Of a DNA stretch of 64,000 bases, positions 1-11,400 are shown one piece after another; position 1 is the stretch's first letter; the number at the start of each line of letters is the position of its first letter. The notes under the pieces are model-generated. The model made no database searches. It was not told the DNA's origin and was given only the letters and a program-made list of their open reading frames with translations. The position numbers were made by a program, and so were the translations under genes. The stretch is from Gracilinanus agilis. Taxonomy: Eukaryota. The stretch covers positions 14,076,506 through 14,140,505 of the forward strand of contig NC_058130.1 in assembly GCF_016433145.1 (NCBI RefSeq), read 5' to 3'.

Positions 1-55
1 CGGGGGGGGGGTGCTTCCCGCCCGTCTCACGCCCTCCGTCTCTCTCCGGCCGCAG

Positions 56-958
56 ATGGACCACACGGCCTTCCCCTGCGGCTGCACCCAGGACGGCTGC
101 GGGAACCCGGAGGGCCGCGTGGAGTTTAACCAGGCGCGGGTGCAGACGCACTCCCTGCACACCCTCACCAGGCTCGAGCTGGAGAGCCGCCAGGAGGGCT
201 CGGGGTCCGAGGCGGGGTTCGAGCTGGGGTCCGAGCCGGGGTCCGAGCCAGAGCCCTCGCCGCAGGGCAGCCCCGAGGGGGAGGCCGGACCCCCGGCCTC
301 ACCCTTCTCCCTGGCCGTGGAGGGCCTGGGCGAGAGCAGCTGCAGCAGCGACTCGAGCGGCTCGTCGGCGCCCGGCGAGGACCCCTGCGAGGGGCTGCCC
401 TACGGGGGCCCCCTCCCCCCCGCCACGCCGCTGGACGACGACGGCCTGGCCCGGATCCTTCATTTCGGCCCGGCCGGCGCCCTGGGGCGGGACGACGAGG
501 AGGACGAGGAGGGGGCCGGCTTCCCCTGCGCGGACATCTTCGGCTACCCCGGCCACGTGGCCGACGTCACGTCCGAGTGCCTGGACGAGAACGCCAACCA
601 GGACGGCCTGGGCTACCCGGGCGGGCCCCCGGGCTGTGCGGCCGAGCCGGGCGGCCCCCTCCCGGCCTCGGACGGCTGCCGGAGCTACACAGACCTGAGC
701 CTGTCGTCCGCCGACTCCCTGGACCTGTTCCAGGCCTTCTCCGACTACAGCCTGGGCCCCCTGTACGCCTCGCCCAAGGAGGCGGGCGGCGACGCGCCGG
801 CCCCGGCCTTCTCCCCCGCCGCCGACCCGGCCGCCTGCTTCCTCGAGTCCCTCATCGGCCTCTCCGAGTCCGTCCCCGACGTGGCCGCCCCCTTCTCGGA
901 CAACCAGCTGCTGGAGGACGCCATCAAGTCCTCCCTCATGGAGATGGTGAAGGTGTAG
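56..958 (+). CDS. CSRNP1: CSRNP1 (AXUD1) last coding exon: end of the Cys-rich domain and acidic/Ser-rich C-terminus
   Basis: Pyrimidine tract + CAG acceptor at 53-55, then [32 protein letters not shown], matching the CSRNP family motif. C-terminus [11 protein letters not shown]...SSLMEMVKV resembles CSRNP1. TAG at 956-958. Upstream exons lie outside the window; ORF residues from 11-55 are intron. Confidence 0.93.
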   Translation: MDHTAFPCGCTQDGCGNPEGRVEFNQARVQTHSLHTLTRLELESRQEGSGSEAGFELGSEPGSEPEPSPQGSPEGEAGPPASPFSLAVEGLGESSCSSDSSGSSAPGEDPCEGLPYGGPLPPATPLDDDGLARILHFGPAGALGRDDEEDEEGAGFPCADIFGYPGHVADVTSECLDENANQDGLGYPGGPPGCAAEPGGPLPASDGCRSYTDLSLSSADSLDLFQAFSDYSLGPLYASPKEAGGDAPAPAFSPAADPAACFLESLIGLSESVPDVAAPFSDNQLLEDAIKSSLMEMVKV

Positions 959-2030
959 CCGGCCCGGCGGGGCGGCACCACTCAGGGACGACGGGCCGGC
1001 CGGGCCCAGGCGGCCCTCTTACTATTTATTGCCCCCGGCCGGAGCCCGGGCCCGGCGTCCCTCGGACGGAGGGGGCCGTCCGGCTGCTTTGTGCCTGCCG
1101 CGCTACGTCCCTATTTATTGTCCTCGCGCTCCGGACGGAGGAGAGGCCCGAGCCGGAAGGTGGGCGGCCCCGACCCCCGACCTCTTGGGTCCCGGAGCCC
1201 CTCGTCCTGGCCCTCCGCCGGCGACCCCTCAAACAGACCCCGAGGAGGCCCCCGACGATGGGGAGCGCCTGGTGCTGTCACGGCCGGCCACGAGCCTCCT
1301 CCGGACGCTGAGTTCAGCTGTACAAAAGCCTTCCTAAGTTATTTCCTGTAATTTATTTAGAAATCCGTGAGGATTTGGGCCCGAGCCAGCGGCTCCCCCA
1401 CCCCGGGGCGCTCCGGGGTCCATCTGTCCCACCATCTGCCGTCCAGAGCCCGGGCGGTCTGCAGAGACCACCGGCCGTGAAGAGAGGGGAGCCCCGTGTG
1501 CCCGGCCGGGGGCCCTCGTGGCTCGTGTGGCCGGCGGCGTGTGCGCTTGCCCACAGTCACGGAGGTGCTCGGCTGTGCCCGTGGAAGGGGCCGGTCCGTG
1601 GGGGGAGAGGCTCGGGGTCCCTGCCGGGCAGCTCCCAGGCCCCTCCCCGAGGGGTCAGCCGTCTCCTTCTCCCGAGCCACCTGCGGCCGAGCGGAGGCCC
1701 GTGTTCCAGACCTCCTTTGTTCGACCTTCCCTCGGCCCACCGGCCGGTGACAAGAGGGCAGAGACGAGGCCGGTCTGGAGGGGCTGCTTTGGGGTCACCC
1801 CCGGCCCTGCTGGGTTTGACGCAGTTTTCAAGACGCCCTCATCGTCCGGGCGGCCCGTGGCTCTCGTTTCCTGTCCTGGCTGGGCACTCAGGGATGGGCG
1901 CTTCCCCCGCTGGCACCCAGGCGGTTCTTGGGGATCAGCCTCCGTCGGGCTCCGCTCTCTTCCTGTATATATGTTCTGATTATTTTGCTTAAAGGTACAA
2001 ATAAAGAAAGTGCTTTATTTTGAACAATCC
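959..2030 (+). other. CSRNP1: CSRNP1 3'UTR with AU-rich elements and polyA signal AATAAA (2000-2005; second copy at 2056-2061)
   Basis: TATTTATT at 1023 and 1112, ATTTATTTA at 1351-1359, TGTATATA at 1964-1971, AATAAA at 2000 followed by U-rich sequence. Confidence 0.7.
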
Positions 2031-2324
2031 CGCTTCTCTCCGTTTGTCTCACCAAAATAAAACCCCGAGGTGTGGGCAGCCACCACAGTGCCCGGGATGC
2101 CAGGCCGTTCCGAAGAGTGCGAGCAGGGGGCTGAGAGCCCGCCGGTGCCAGCTGCCTTCCAGGCCTCTTCTCCAAGGCCCCCCCCTCCGCACTGGCGGGG
2201 GGACCACGGACACCTCCCTGCGCCCTGGCATCCCCGTTGGCCTAACGCACAGGACCAGACCTTGGGCAGGAATCCCTGGACATTCCAGGAGGATGTGGGG
2301 GCCCTGACCGGGCCCCGAGTGCTT

Positions 2325-2517
2325 TTTCTTTTTTTTTTATTAAACCCTCACCTTTCATCTTGGAGCCATTGGCTCCTTGGTGGAAGATTGGTAAGGGTAG
2401 GCAATGGGGGTCAAGTGACTTGCCCAGGGTCACACAGCTGGGAAGTGTCTGAGGCCAGATTTGAACCTGGGACGTCCCGTCTCTAGGCCTGACTCTCCAT
2501 CCACTGAGCCACCCACC
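2325..2517 (-). mobile_element. SINE1_Mdo-like CORE-SINE
   Basis: Reverse complement of the tRNA-derived head/core (aagtgacttgcccagggtcacacagctgggaagtgtctgaggccagatttgaacc) with a poly-T tail. Confidence 0.85.
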
Positions 2518-4643
2518 CCCGCCTCAGTTTCCCTGGCTACAAAATGAGGATAATAGCACTTACCTGCTGAAGTTGCCGTGAGGATCAAAGGGTGTAACAG
2601 GAGGCAGGGGGTGGTGGGGAGGGAATAAGTCTGCCTCTCAGGCTCTGTACTAAACGCTATAAAAGATTTCATTGAATCCTCACAGCCACCTTGTGGGGTA
2701 GATGTTGTTATTATCCCTGTTTTACAGCTGAGAAAGCTGAGGCAGAGGTTAAGTGACTTGCCCAGGATCATACCCTGAGGCTGGATTTGAACTCAGGTCC
2801 TTCTGAATCCAGGCCCAGCAGCTACCTCTCCTAATGATACTGGGGTAAAGTGCGTGGCAAGCCTTAAGCACTCTAGACATGCCAGCGGGCTATTGCCTCT
2901 CCTTGGCATCTTCACCTGGGAGTCTTCTTCCTCCAGATCCCACGGGTCCCTCCACCCCCTTGGGCAAAGCTCCAGCACCTCTCTGGGCAGCCCCTTAGGC
3001 CTTGGGGCTTGGTGGGAAGCCTGGCCCCCTCCATTTGTTCAGCATCTGTCCAGGCCCCTGGAATTCCTCTGGTAGTTGGAGCCACCCAAGTTTCCTGGGC
3101 TTTAACGCCTTGTTAAAACTTCTGGCCATCTCCTTCCCTCATCCTTGAAGGCTCCATTAAACAAACATTAAGGGAATGTCCTGCCCAGGAGAGGCCCTGC
3201 TATGTGGCGGACAGGACCGGCCCTCCCATGCGGAAGGCCACCCCCTTTCCCTGGGCTCCCCACGCCCGCTAGGCTAGCCCTGGCACTCTGAACAAGCCCC
3301 GGCTTCCTGGGCTCGGCCCACCAGCCTCTCCTGCTGCCCCCCAGGCGCTCCCGGCCCAACCCAACTGGAGGAATCCCTGCCTCAGCTTGGCGTGGTGCCC
3401 CCACGACCCCCAGAGGGGCTCAGGAAATGCCCCCTCCTCCTGCAAGCTCTTTGCCCTTTCCCTGGGCTTTCTCCTTCCACCCAGCTCCGTCCCTCCAAGC
3501 TCTCCCAAGTGGTCCCCTCCTGGCCACGCTGACCTGGACACCAGGGCATTTTGTGTCCTTCACCCCATCGTCCAGCCCTTACCGATGCCCGGCGTCGGCT
3601 CTAAGACGGGGCTGAGGGTTTAAAGCCCCCCACGTGAGCCACAAGTTACCTTGTCGGAGCCTCACAACCACCTTAGAGGCAGGAGCTTTTTAGCTCCCAT
3701 TTTATAGATGGGGAAACTGAGCCACAGAGGCTGTCGGCCATTTGCCCAGGGGCACACAGCCAGGAAGGGTCTGAACCACCCAACTTCTTCGCCTCCTCCA
3801 GGAGCAGCCAACATCCACTCTAGGTCCCTCCCTGCTGCCAGTAACCAGGTGGAGGGAGGCCGGAGGGTCTTGGCTGGGGCAGCACAGCCTTCTGCAGGGC
3901 TCCTGCTCCGAGGGACCAGCCTGGAGCCGGGGCTGTCTCTGTGGAGCTCCGCTCCCCTCTGCTGGCCAACCCAGCTAATGACAAGCGAATCCTGCCACGG
4001 GCTGCTGGATGCCCCCTTGGCATCTGGGGGTTGGAAGAGCTCGGAAGGATGGACGCCGACCGGCTGAGGGCACGGAAGTGGTGTGGTTGGCATCTCGGGG
4101 GGTCCAGCCCGACCGGCGTTTCCTAGATGAGGTTGTCCAGTCTCATCAACAAGCACTTATTAAGCATTGACTGGATGCCAAGCTCCACGTTGAGGGCCAA
4201 GGCTAGAAATACAAGCCATCCGGGTGGCAGGAGGGGAGAAAACACAGCTCCTGCCCTCAGACAGCTTCCATTCGAATGGAGGAAGACATCAGAGGAAGAG
4301 GAAAATGGGTTAGGGGTGGGGGAGATAAGGGAGCAGATTGCTGAGGGAGAAACCCAGAGAGGCCAAAGTGGGGCTGGGAAGGAAATGCAAGATGGCGGGA
4401 AGGCTCCGGAGGAACTCACTGATGGGAAAAGGGGGCTCAAGAGGGAACCTCCAGGGCAAGGAGGCAGCCGAGGAATGGAGCCCGAGCCTGGGAGGTCAGA
4501 AGCAGAGCACAGATCCTCCACCAGGAATCCACCAGAAAAGCCCTTGACCTGGGATGGGAAAAAAGGACCTCTTGATTTGGGCTCCTCTGCCTTCCTTTGG
4601 AAGTCACATGAATTTCAGTTTTTGCATTTAAAAACATCATTCT

Positions 4644-4810
4644 GGGGGACAGCTGGGTGGCTGAGTAGATTAAGAGTCAGGCCTAGAGATGGGAAGTCCT
4701 ATATTCAAATCTGGCCTCAGTCACTTCCCAGCTGTGTGACCCTGGGCAAGTCACTTAACCCCCATTGCCCAGCCCTTACTACTCTTCTGCCTTAGAACCA
4801 ATACATAGTA
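4644..4810 (+). mobile_element. SINE1_Mdo-like SINE (left member of an inverted pair)
   Basis: gggacagctgggtggctgagtagattaagagtcaggcctagagatgggaagtcctatattcaaatc...tgtgtgaccctgggcaagtcacttaacc. Confidence 0.85.
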
Positions 4811-4845
4811 ATACACACATACACACACAAACACACACACACATA

Positions 4846-5070
4846 TCTTTTTTTATTTTTTATTTTTATTTTTTTAAAACCTTTACCTTCTGTCTTGGAG
4901 TCAATACTGTGTATTGGTTCCAAGGCGGAAGAGTGGTAAGGGTAGGCAATGGGGGTCAAGTGACTTGCCCAGGGTCACACAGCTGGGAAGTGTCTGAGGC
5001 CGGATTTGAACCTAGGACCTCCCGTCTCTAGGCCTGGCTCTCAATCCACTGAGCCACCCAGCTGCCCCCC
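4846..5070 (-). mobile_element. SINE1_Mdo-like SINE (right member of an inverted pair)
   Basis: Full-length reverse copy ending gagccacccagctgccccc, with a T-rich tail next to the (CA)n tract at 4812-4842. Confidence 0.88.
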
Positions 5071-5149
5071 CAACACCTTTTTCTAATTAAATCTTTTCAT
5101 TTTGTGGCCTTATTTTAAGATTGGATGGAAAGGATTCTCATGGTGGCTT

Positions 5150-5195
5150 CAAGCTTCCCTGCTTCTACTCCGCCATCTTGGTTCCGGAAGTAATA
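5150..5195 (-). mobile_element. Remnant of an L1 5' end carrying the YY1 motif
   Basis: Minus strand reads ACTTCCGGAACCAAGATGGCGGAGTAGAAGCAGG; CAAGATGGCG is the typical L1 5' YY1 motif. A similar string occurs at about 30945-30975. Confidence 0.55.
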
Positions 5196-6599
5196 AGTCA
5201 ATTACATTTTTTTCAACAAAGAAGCATTTAGTCTCCCATTTATTCTCTTCTCCTTTACTCCTATTCTCTTGAAGGGGGGGGGGGGGAAGGGAAAAAAGAA
5301 AACCTTTGTTAAAAAGGTGGCAACTCAAGCAAAGTAAGTTCATTGGCCGTCACTAGCCATGTCCAAAACTGTATGCCTCACGTAGCGCCCCAAGTCTACC
5401 ACCTTCCCTTCTGGAGGGTGGAACAAGCTTTGTCCTCACTCCTCATTGCACTGATTGGAAAACTTAAGTCTTTCAAAGTTGTTCCCAGAGGCAAAGGACC
5501 AGGGGGCCCCTGAGGTCTCTTCCAATTCTGGGAGCCTTTGATTCTGGACTCCTCGTGAACACAGATTTTACTATTAAGTGGATGGGGCACGAGGACTGCT
5601 GGGCCCTTTTCAGGGCTGCTCATGCGCCTCGGGCATACACCTGTCATCCAGCTCTCACCCGTGGCTCCAAGAAGCTGTAACATGCACAGTAGCCACTCCC
5701 TGGTGAAACCATCTTGGTGGGTAGCTAAACCCTGGGGGAGGTGAGCCAACAGGCTTCCAACTTGGGATGAGTTAAAAGGGTGTCTACACCAAACATGTGA
5801 AGACTTCCCCGGTGGAATGGATGGATGAGAACAATTTGTTCGAATGGCCATGAAAGTAGTAGAAGTGAACACTGTGGAGTGCTTAGAGCCTGGACATCCA
5901 CTTCATCCCAGGCCATCGCCAGTGGTCCGGATTTTTGTCTTGTCACTGGACTTGGATGACTCTGGAAAAGAGTGAGGCGCACGACTTTGTGCAGCTCTGC
6001 TTCATCTCATTCCAATTTATGCTCCAGTCAAGACATCTCCCTGGGATATCACTGGTCCTCTTCCTGATGAAGGACAAACAATAATTTTACTATTTACTAC
6101 ATTGGGACCTTTGGGAGGAAGTCTCTCCCTCCTTCTCTGCATCTCAGTTTTGTCATCTATAAAATGGAAATATTGGAACATTATAAAAATAGAAGACTTA
6201 AGAATTCCGGTCAAAGCAATGACAGGAAGGTGGTGGACTCAGGGATTCTGCTCAGGATGCTCTGAATGTCAGACACAGACATGTCACCCATCTTCCCCAC
6301 CAAGCCTGTGCTTGTGGTACCAAGCTAGTAAGCTTCCTGCTTCGTGAGTGTGTAGGGCTGCCCAGACAAATTTGTAAGGCACTTTGCAAAGCTTAAAAGT
6401 GTTATATAAATCCCCTGAATAGCTGGACACGCTGGAGGCAATGAGATCTGGAGTTTGTAGTGGCTAGCACACACTACAAGCCCAACAAGAATGGAGGCGG
6501 CTTCAAGCTACACTGGCTAGAAGGGAATTCCAATCTTTTGGTTTTGTTTTGTCTTTAAATAAAAGAACTTCCTGCTTCACTATCCCTTCCAATCAGCAA

Positions 6600-6683
6600 G
6601 AATGGACACATTACACATGGGAGTCACAATGATTTTATTTCTTTTCTTAAGACTTCAGAAGGGATTTAAGTAAACAGTTTAAT
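6600..6683 (-). terminator. TTC21A: Candidate TTC21A polyadenylation site
   Basis: Minus strand: ATTAAA (6678-6683), AATAAA (6634-6639), CA 15-16 nt downstream (6619-6618), then GU-rich TGTGTAATGTGT. These are the first canonical signals I found downstream of the stop. Confidence 0.5.
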
Positions 6684-8389
6684 GGTCCAGCTTTTGTCTG
6701 ACCCGATTCCCTGACTTTGCCAAGATTCCATAACTAGTAAGTGGCAGAACCAGGACTGAACTCCGGGGCCCCGAATGCCAGTCAAGGGCCCCATCCACCA
6801 CCCTCACACAAGCTTTCTTAGTGGTACATCCTATTGAATGGCCACGGCACCCATTGGCCAGGGAGGGGGCCCCAGGAGAGGAGCAGCACATAAAGCACGA
6901 CTCCTGGGGGAGAAAGCCTTCCTTTTCCCTGTGCCCGGTGGCCAGATGCCAAGCTCATTCTGAGGGCCATTATATATTTAGATGTGCATATATTTATCAA
7001 AATATATCTCTATATACATTATCTGTAGATTATCTATAACATATACACATATAGTTATATGTTGAAGTTCATGGCAGCCTCAGAATGTCCAAAGGACTTC
7101 AGGACGTCGGTGGTGAAGGTTTGGAGAACTGGATGTCGCTTGAGGCTGGTCCTTTAGTTTCTCCAGCCCCCAGCAACATTCAGGAACAGAAACCCCAAAG
7201 GTCAAGCACTGCAAGAGGGAGAGAGAGGATGGGGAGTGCCCCCCCCCATCTCCCAGGCCCAGCTCCCCTTAGCTCCCTGGGTCACAGCCCAACAGGCTTT
7301 CCCTCTACAGAGTTCCAACATTCCACTTCTGGTCCTACAAAGCTCCAGCAGTGAGAAGGGGAACCCCTTTCTGCTTCTGGGCGCTCTCCTGCCATCCCGT
7401 CGATACTTTGGCTCCTACACACCAGGAGCCATTCATCTCAATAGCCCCAAAGAGCCAGCATTCTCCAAAACCCATGTTTCTCCATCCACCTCGCTGCTCC
7501 AGGGCTAAAACCTTCCTTCCCTCCATGGAGCCTCAGTTCTTTTATCATGCTTGTGGAGTTGATCCGAGCTGAACTACGTGTTTAAAAAACCCCAGGGTAG
7601 CCTACTCGAACTCTTTTTCTCCCCAACATTGCTAGGAATGAGTTGCTGGGAGGGCCAAGGCTTGAGAAGGAAGCACAGGAACCCAGGAGGGCCCTTTCAG
7701 CCATTCATTCAGAGGAGGTCCCAGGTCTCCAGTTTGCTCCTGGACGACCTTGGACAAAGCTCAGCCTCTCAGAGAGGCCTTCAGTGTGCCGATCAATCTC
7801 TCCCCCTTTTAACATTTATAACCTTGTCACCACATTATGGATTAAATGCTTTTGGGGGAGGGAAATGACAGGAAATTTTGAATTTGTGAATTTTAGATCC
7901 TGAGGGGACCTTAGGAGGTTATCAAGTCTAATCCCTCCTCTCCTTATTTTTTTTTTTTTACAGATAAGTAAACTGAGGCCCACAGAGAGAAAGGAACCTA
8001 AAACTTCAGGTCACACAGATGGGTCTTCCAACCCCTAATCTTGTGATCTCCAAAAAGTCCTAAAGCTCCTAGTGACCGATTCCTCTCACTGGTTAGAAAA
8101 CACACCCGTATTTTGCTATAAAAACAAACCAGCGAAACCAACAACCAAGCACAGAATATGGAATGAGAAAGAGCATGTCGTCTTCGAAATGTAAAATCCG
8201 AGTGGTCCAGGTGCCCCTCAGAGCAGCCTTGGTGAGAGGAAGGAGCTGTCTTTCTCCTGCCACCAAGGGCTGTGGCCACCCTGGCTCCCACCTTGGTCTT
8301 GCCGGGCCCTGGCCAGAAGGAATAGTCCGAGTTTTCCATTCCGACGCTCCCTCCTGGTGGCCAGCTCCCAGCGGTGGCTCTGGCCCTGG

Positions 8390-8467
8390 CTAGGGCCGTA
8401 GGGACCCCTGAGCCTTTTCCAGAATGTCTTCTCTGATCTTTGGGTAGTTGGGGTGCTCCTTCAGGAC
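8390..8467 (-). CDS. TTC21A: TTC21A exon 29: [25 protein letters not shown]
   Basis: CAG acceptor at 8470-8468; TAG at 8392-8390; 78 nt. Confidence 0.95.
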   Translation of the reverse strand, partial: VLKEHPNYPKIREDILEKAQGSLRP

Positions 8468-11400
8468 CTGGGGACCAAAAGAGAGGGAGCAGCGGTCAGC
8501 GGGGGCTCGGTGCTGGGCCAAGGCGGCCATTGGCCTCGGGTCAAACATGGAGCTTACGCTGTGGCAGACTTCAATGGCTTCCACGAATCTCTTATCTTTC
8601 AGGTAGTTGAAGGCAAGTTTGAAACCTGGAGAAGAAAATGCAAGTGCTTGCCGGGACTGCCGGGGACCAAGAGCTGTCCGCAGTGCCACTGCCCTTCCCT
8701 TCCTCAAAGCTTCGGGGGGTGACGGGACGGAGTGAAGAAGGGGAGGTCCCCGGCCCCACTTCTGGATGGGAGAGAGACGGCTGCTGCCTCTTCTTCTTGG
8801 GGTACCCTCAGAATGAACCCGGCTCCCTGGGGCCGCAGAGGGGGTGCTGCTGCTGGGGCCCCAGGAAAGGGGGGACTGTAGATCCGGGGCCAGGGGGAGC
8901 TCACCGATGGAAGGGTTGGCCCGGTTGCTGTATTTCCAGGCGAGCTCATAGTTGCTCGCTGCATCCTTGTAGGACTGCTCCTTCTCCATGATGAGGCCCA
9001 TGTACTCGTAGGCTTTACAGCACGACTGCGAAAAGAGGGGCTGCGGTGAGCATCTGTGTGCAAGGGAAGGACTAGAACTGGGGGAGGGGAGGACCCTTCG
9101 CCTGAGCCCATCTGACAAACGGAGAAACGGAGGCTGGTCTGGGACTCGAGCCCGGCCCCCAGCTTCGGTCCTGTGAGGCTGACACAAACCAGGTGGAGAC
9201 GGGCCGGGGTTGAGCCCGCTTCCTCTGAAGTCCTCGGGTTTCCCGTCTGTCGAGGACGGCCCCAGGGACACCATTCGGGTCCCTTGGGAGAGGAGCTGAG
9301 GGCACGTGGATGGGACGAGGCACGACGAGCCCCTGGGCCCCCCGCCCCACTTGAAGATGAAAGCAGGCCGCGAGCTCTAGCACGTGACTCCGGAGGCACG
9401 AAGCCCCTTCTCTGGCCCCGCGGGCCGGGGGAGCCTGGCCGAGCCCCTGAGCCTTCACTGTTCTAAGCTGGGGAGTTCATGGGTCAGCAGGCCTGGCTGG
9501 GGCCACCGGAGGCCCGCCCTGCTCTCCTCGGGCCCCCGGAGGGTCCGGCTGCCCGGCCTACCTTGTTGTACTGGACACAACGGCGAAGGAGCTCCGAGGC
9601 GATGTCGAATTTGCCGCTTTGGCAGTAAATGTCGGCCAGGAGGATCCAGCTCTTCTCCAGGTCCTCGGCATCGGCCAGGGCCCACGGAGCCTTGGCCAGC
9701 CTCTTGAGTTGGGTTCGGGCCTTGGGGACCTGTTTCAGGATCATGTAGGCCTGGGCCATGGCCAGGAGGGCGGAGACACTTTCTTTCTGGAAAAAAATGG
9801 CCCCCGAGGGCCCCATGCTAGCCCATGCAGAGGCCAGGGGAGGCGCCCCATCCCCAGCTCCCTCCTAGCCTGGGGCCTGGAGGCCGCCCTCCAAAGCTTC
9901 CCCTCAGAAGGCAGCCTTCTGTGTCCCAGCACGCCAGGCCTCTCATGGGGCCACTTGGGGCGGGCAAAGCCTCTCTGTGCCAGCTGGAGGGCCAGCTTCT
10001 CCCCTAAGCTGTGGGCAGCAGGGCGGGGGAATGAAGGGAGAGGGCGGACAGACTCCCGCTCACAGAGCGGTGGACACCCTCAGCACAGCTGCTCCCTGTC
10101 TGGGGTCTCCGGGGTGCCCGAGTGGCCTCGTGGGCTCTTCGGGGGCAGAGAGCCCTGGACACTTGGCCACTTGCAGGAGAGGAGGCCGACGCACCAGCCC
10201 CAAGCCGGGCCCTGCCTCTAGAGGACGCAGGCACGGGGGAGCAGCCCAGCCACCCACCTCTATCTGGGCGATCTCGATGAAGGCCCCGAGGGCCGTCTCC
10301 ACGTTGGCCTTCTCCTTGGTGGCCAGCAGGCAGTAGCTCTGCAGCATCTTGAGCTGCTCCTGCCCCTCCTTGTTGTGCGGGTAGAACTCCCGCAAGAGCT
10401 TCTCGGCTGTGCGCACGCCGTGCTGCTCAGACTCCTTCTTCTCTGTGGAGCTGCTGGCGGGAGGCAAGGAGGGACGCTGCACTTATAGGTGCCCCAGAGC
10501 CGCTGGGAGGGCCGCAGTCCCTGCCCCTGACCCCTCCCCCCCGGCTCCCCTCCCCCCCGGGGTACCTGTTCTCCACCGTGAGGGTCTCCAGGGCCTCCCC
10601 GCCCATGATCTCGTTGTCTGGGTTGAGGCAGATCTGCACCATGTTGTAGGTGGCGCTCTGGCCCCAGTCGCTGTCTTTGCGGGCCTTGTTGAGGTACTTC
10701 AGGGCTTCGTTAGGTTGTCCGACATGCCTGGGGGGAGGAGGGAGAAGGGCAGCCACGAGGGTGCCCAGGGAGATGCTGGCCTCGATTCAGGACCCGCCCC
10801 CCCCAGCACCACTCGGCTTCCCAGGTCGCCAGCTGGCATGGCCCAAGCAACGGTGCCCTGTATGTACACTGTGGTCATTGTGAGTTTGAGCCCTTAGACG
10901 CTGGAGGTCTCCACCCTAGGCTGCATGGTACAGCCTCAGTTTCCCCATAGGAACGCCTGGACTCTGATCCCACCTCAGGCACATCCTGGCTGTGTGAGTG
11001 CCAGTCTGCGCTGGGGAAGGGGGTTTCCTCCTCTGGGAGTTCCTCCTTTTGATCAAACCGCCAGCCCCATCCTCACCCCCCCATCCCTGCTAGGTGACGG
11101 CCTCATGGCTGTCCCAAGGAGAGTGCTTTTAGGTGTTTGTTTTGTTTTAAACCCTCACCTTCCATCTTAGCATCAATTCTGTGTATAGGTTCTAAGGCAG
11201 AAGAGTGGTGAGGGCTGGGCAGTGGGCGTGAAGGGACTTGCCCAGGGTCACCCAGCCAGGAACGGTCTGAGGCCACATTTGAACCCGGGACCTTCTGTCT
11301 CTAGGCCTGGCTCCCAATCTACTGAGCCACCCTGTGGTCCCCCTTTTACGTTTTTAAGAGACTAGATGAAGGACAATGCAGGGCCAGGCGTCCGGTCAGC

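Larger units (their letters stand above)
1..2300. other. CpG-rich island over the CSRNP1 terminal exon and 3'UTR
   Basis: Very high GC and visibly unsuppressed CpG compared with the flanking DNA. Confidence 0.7.

Noticed and set aside
299-2486. Many overlapping 60-244 aa ORFs around CSRNP1 (e.g. 577-1311, 1375-1992)
   Set aside because: Shadow frames of extremely GC-rich coding and UTR sequence; Pro/Arg/Gly-rich with no recognisable domain.
4127-4795. 222-aa ORF on the plus strand
   Set aside because: Starts in an L2/MIR-type tail, crosses purine-rich low-complexity DNA and ends in a SINE; no domain or splice support.
6400-6481. TATAAAT followed by a small hairpin (TTGTAGTG...CACTACAA), suggesting a small RNA gene
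   Set aside because: The TATA-like string is the standard MIR tail (…tatataaat); an 8-10 bp stem is expected by chance, and no Pol III or snRNA elements are present.
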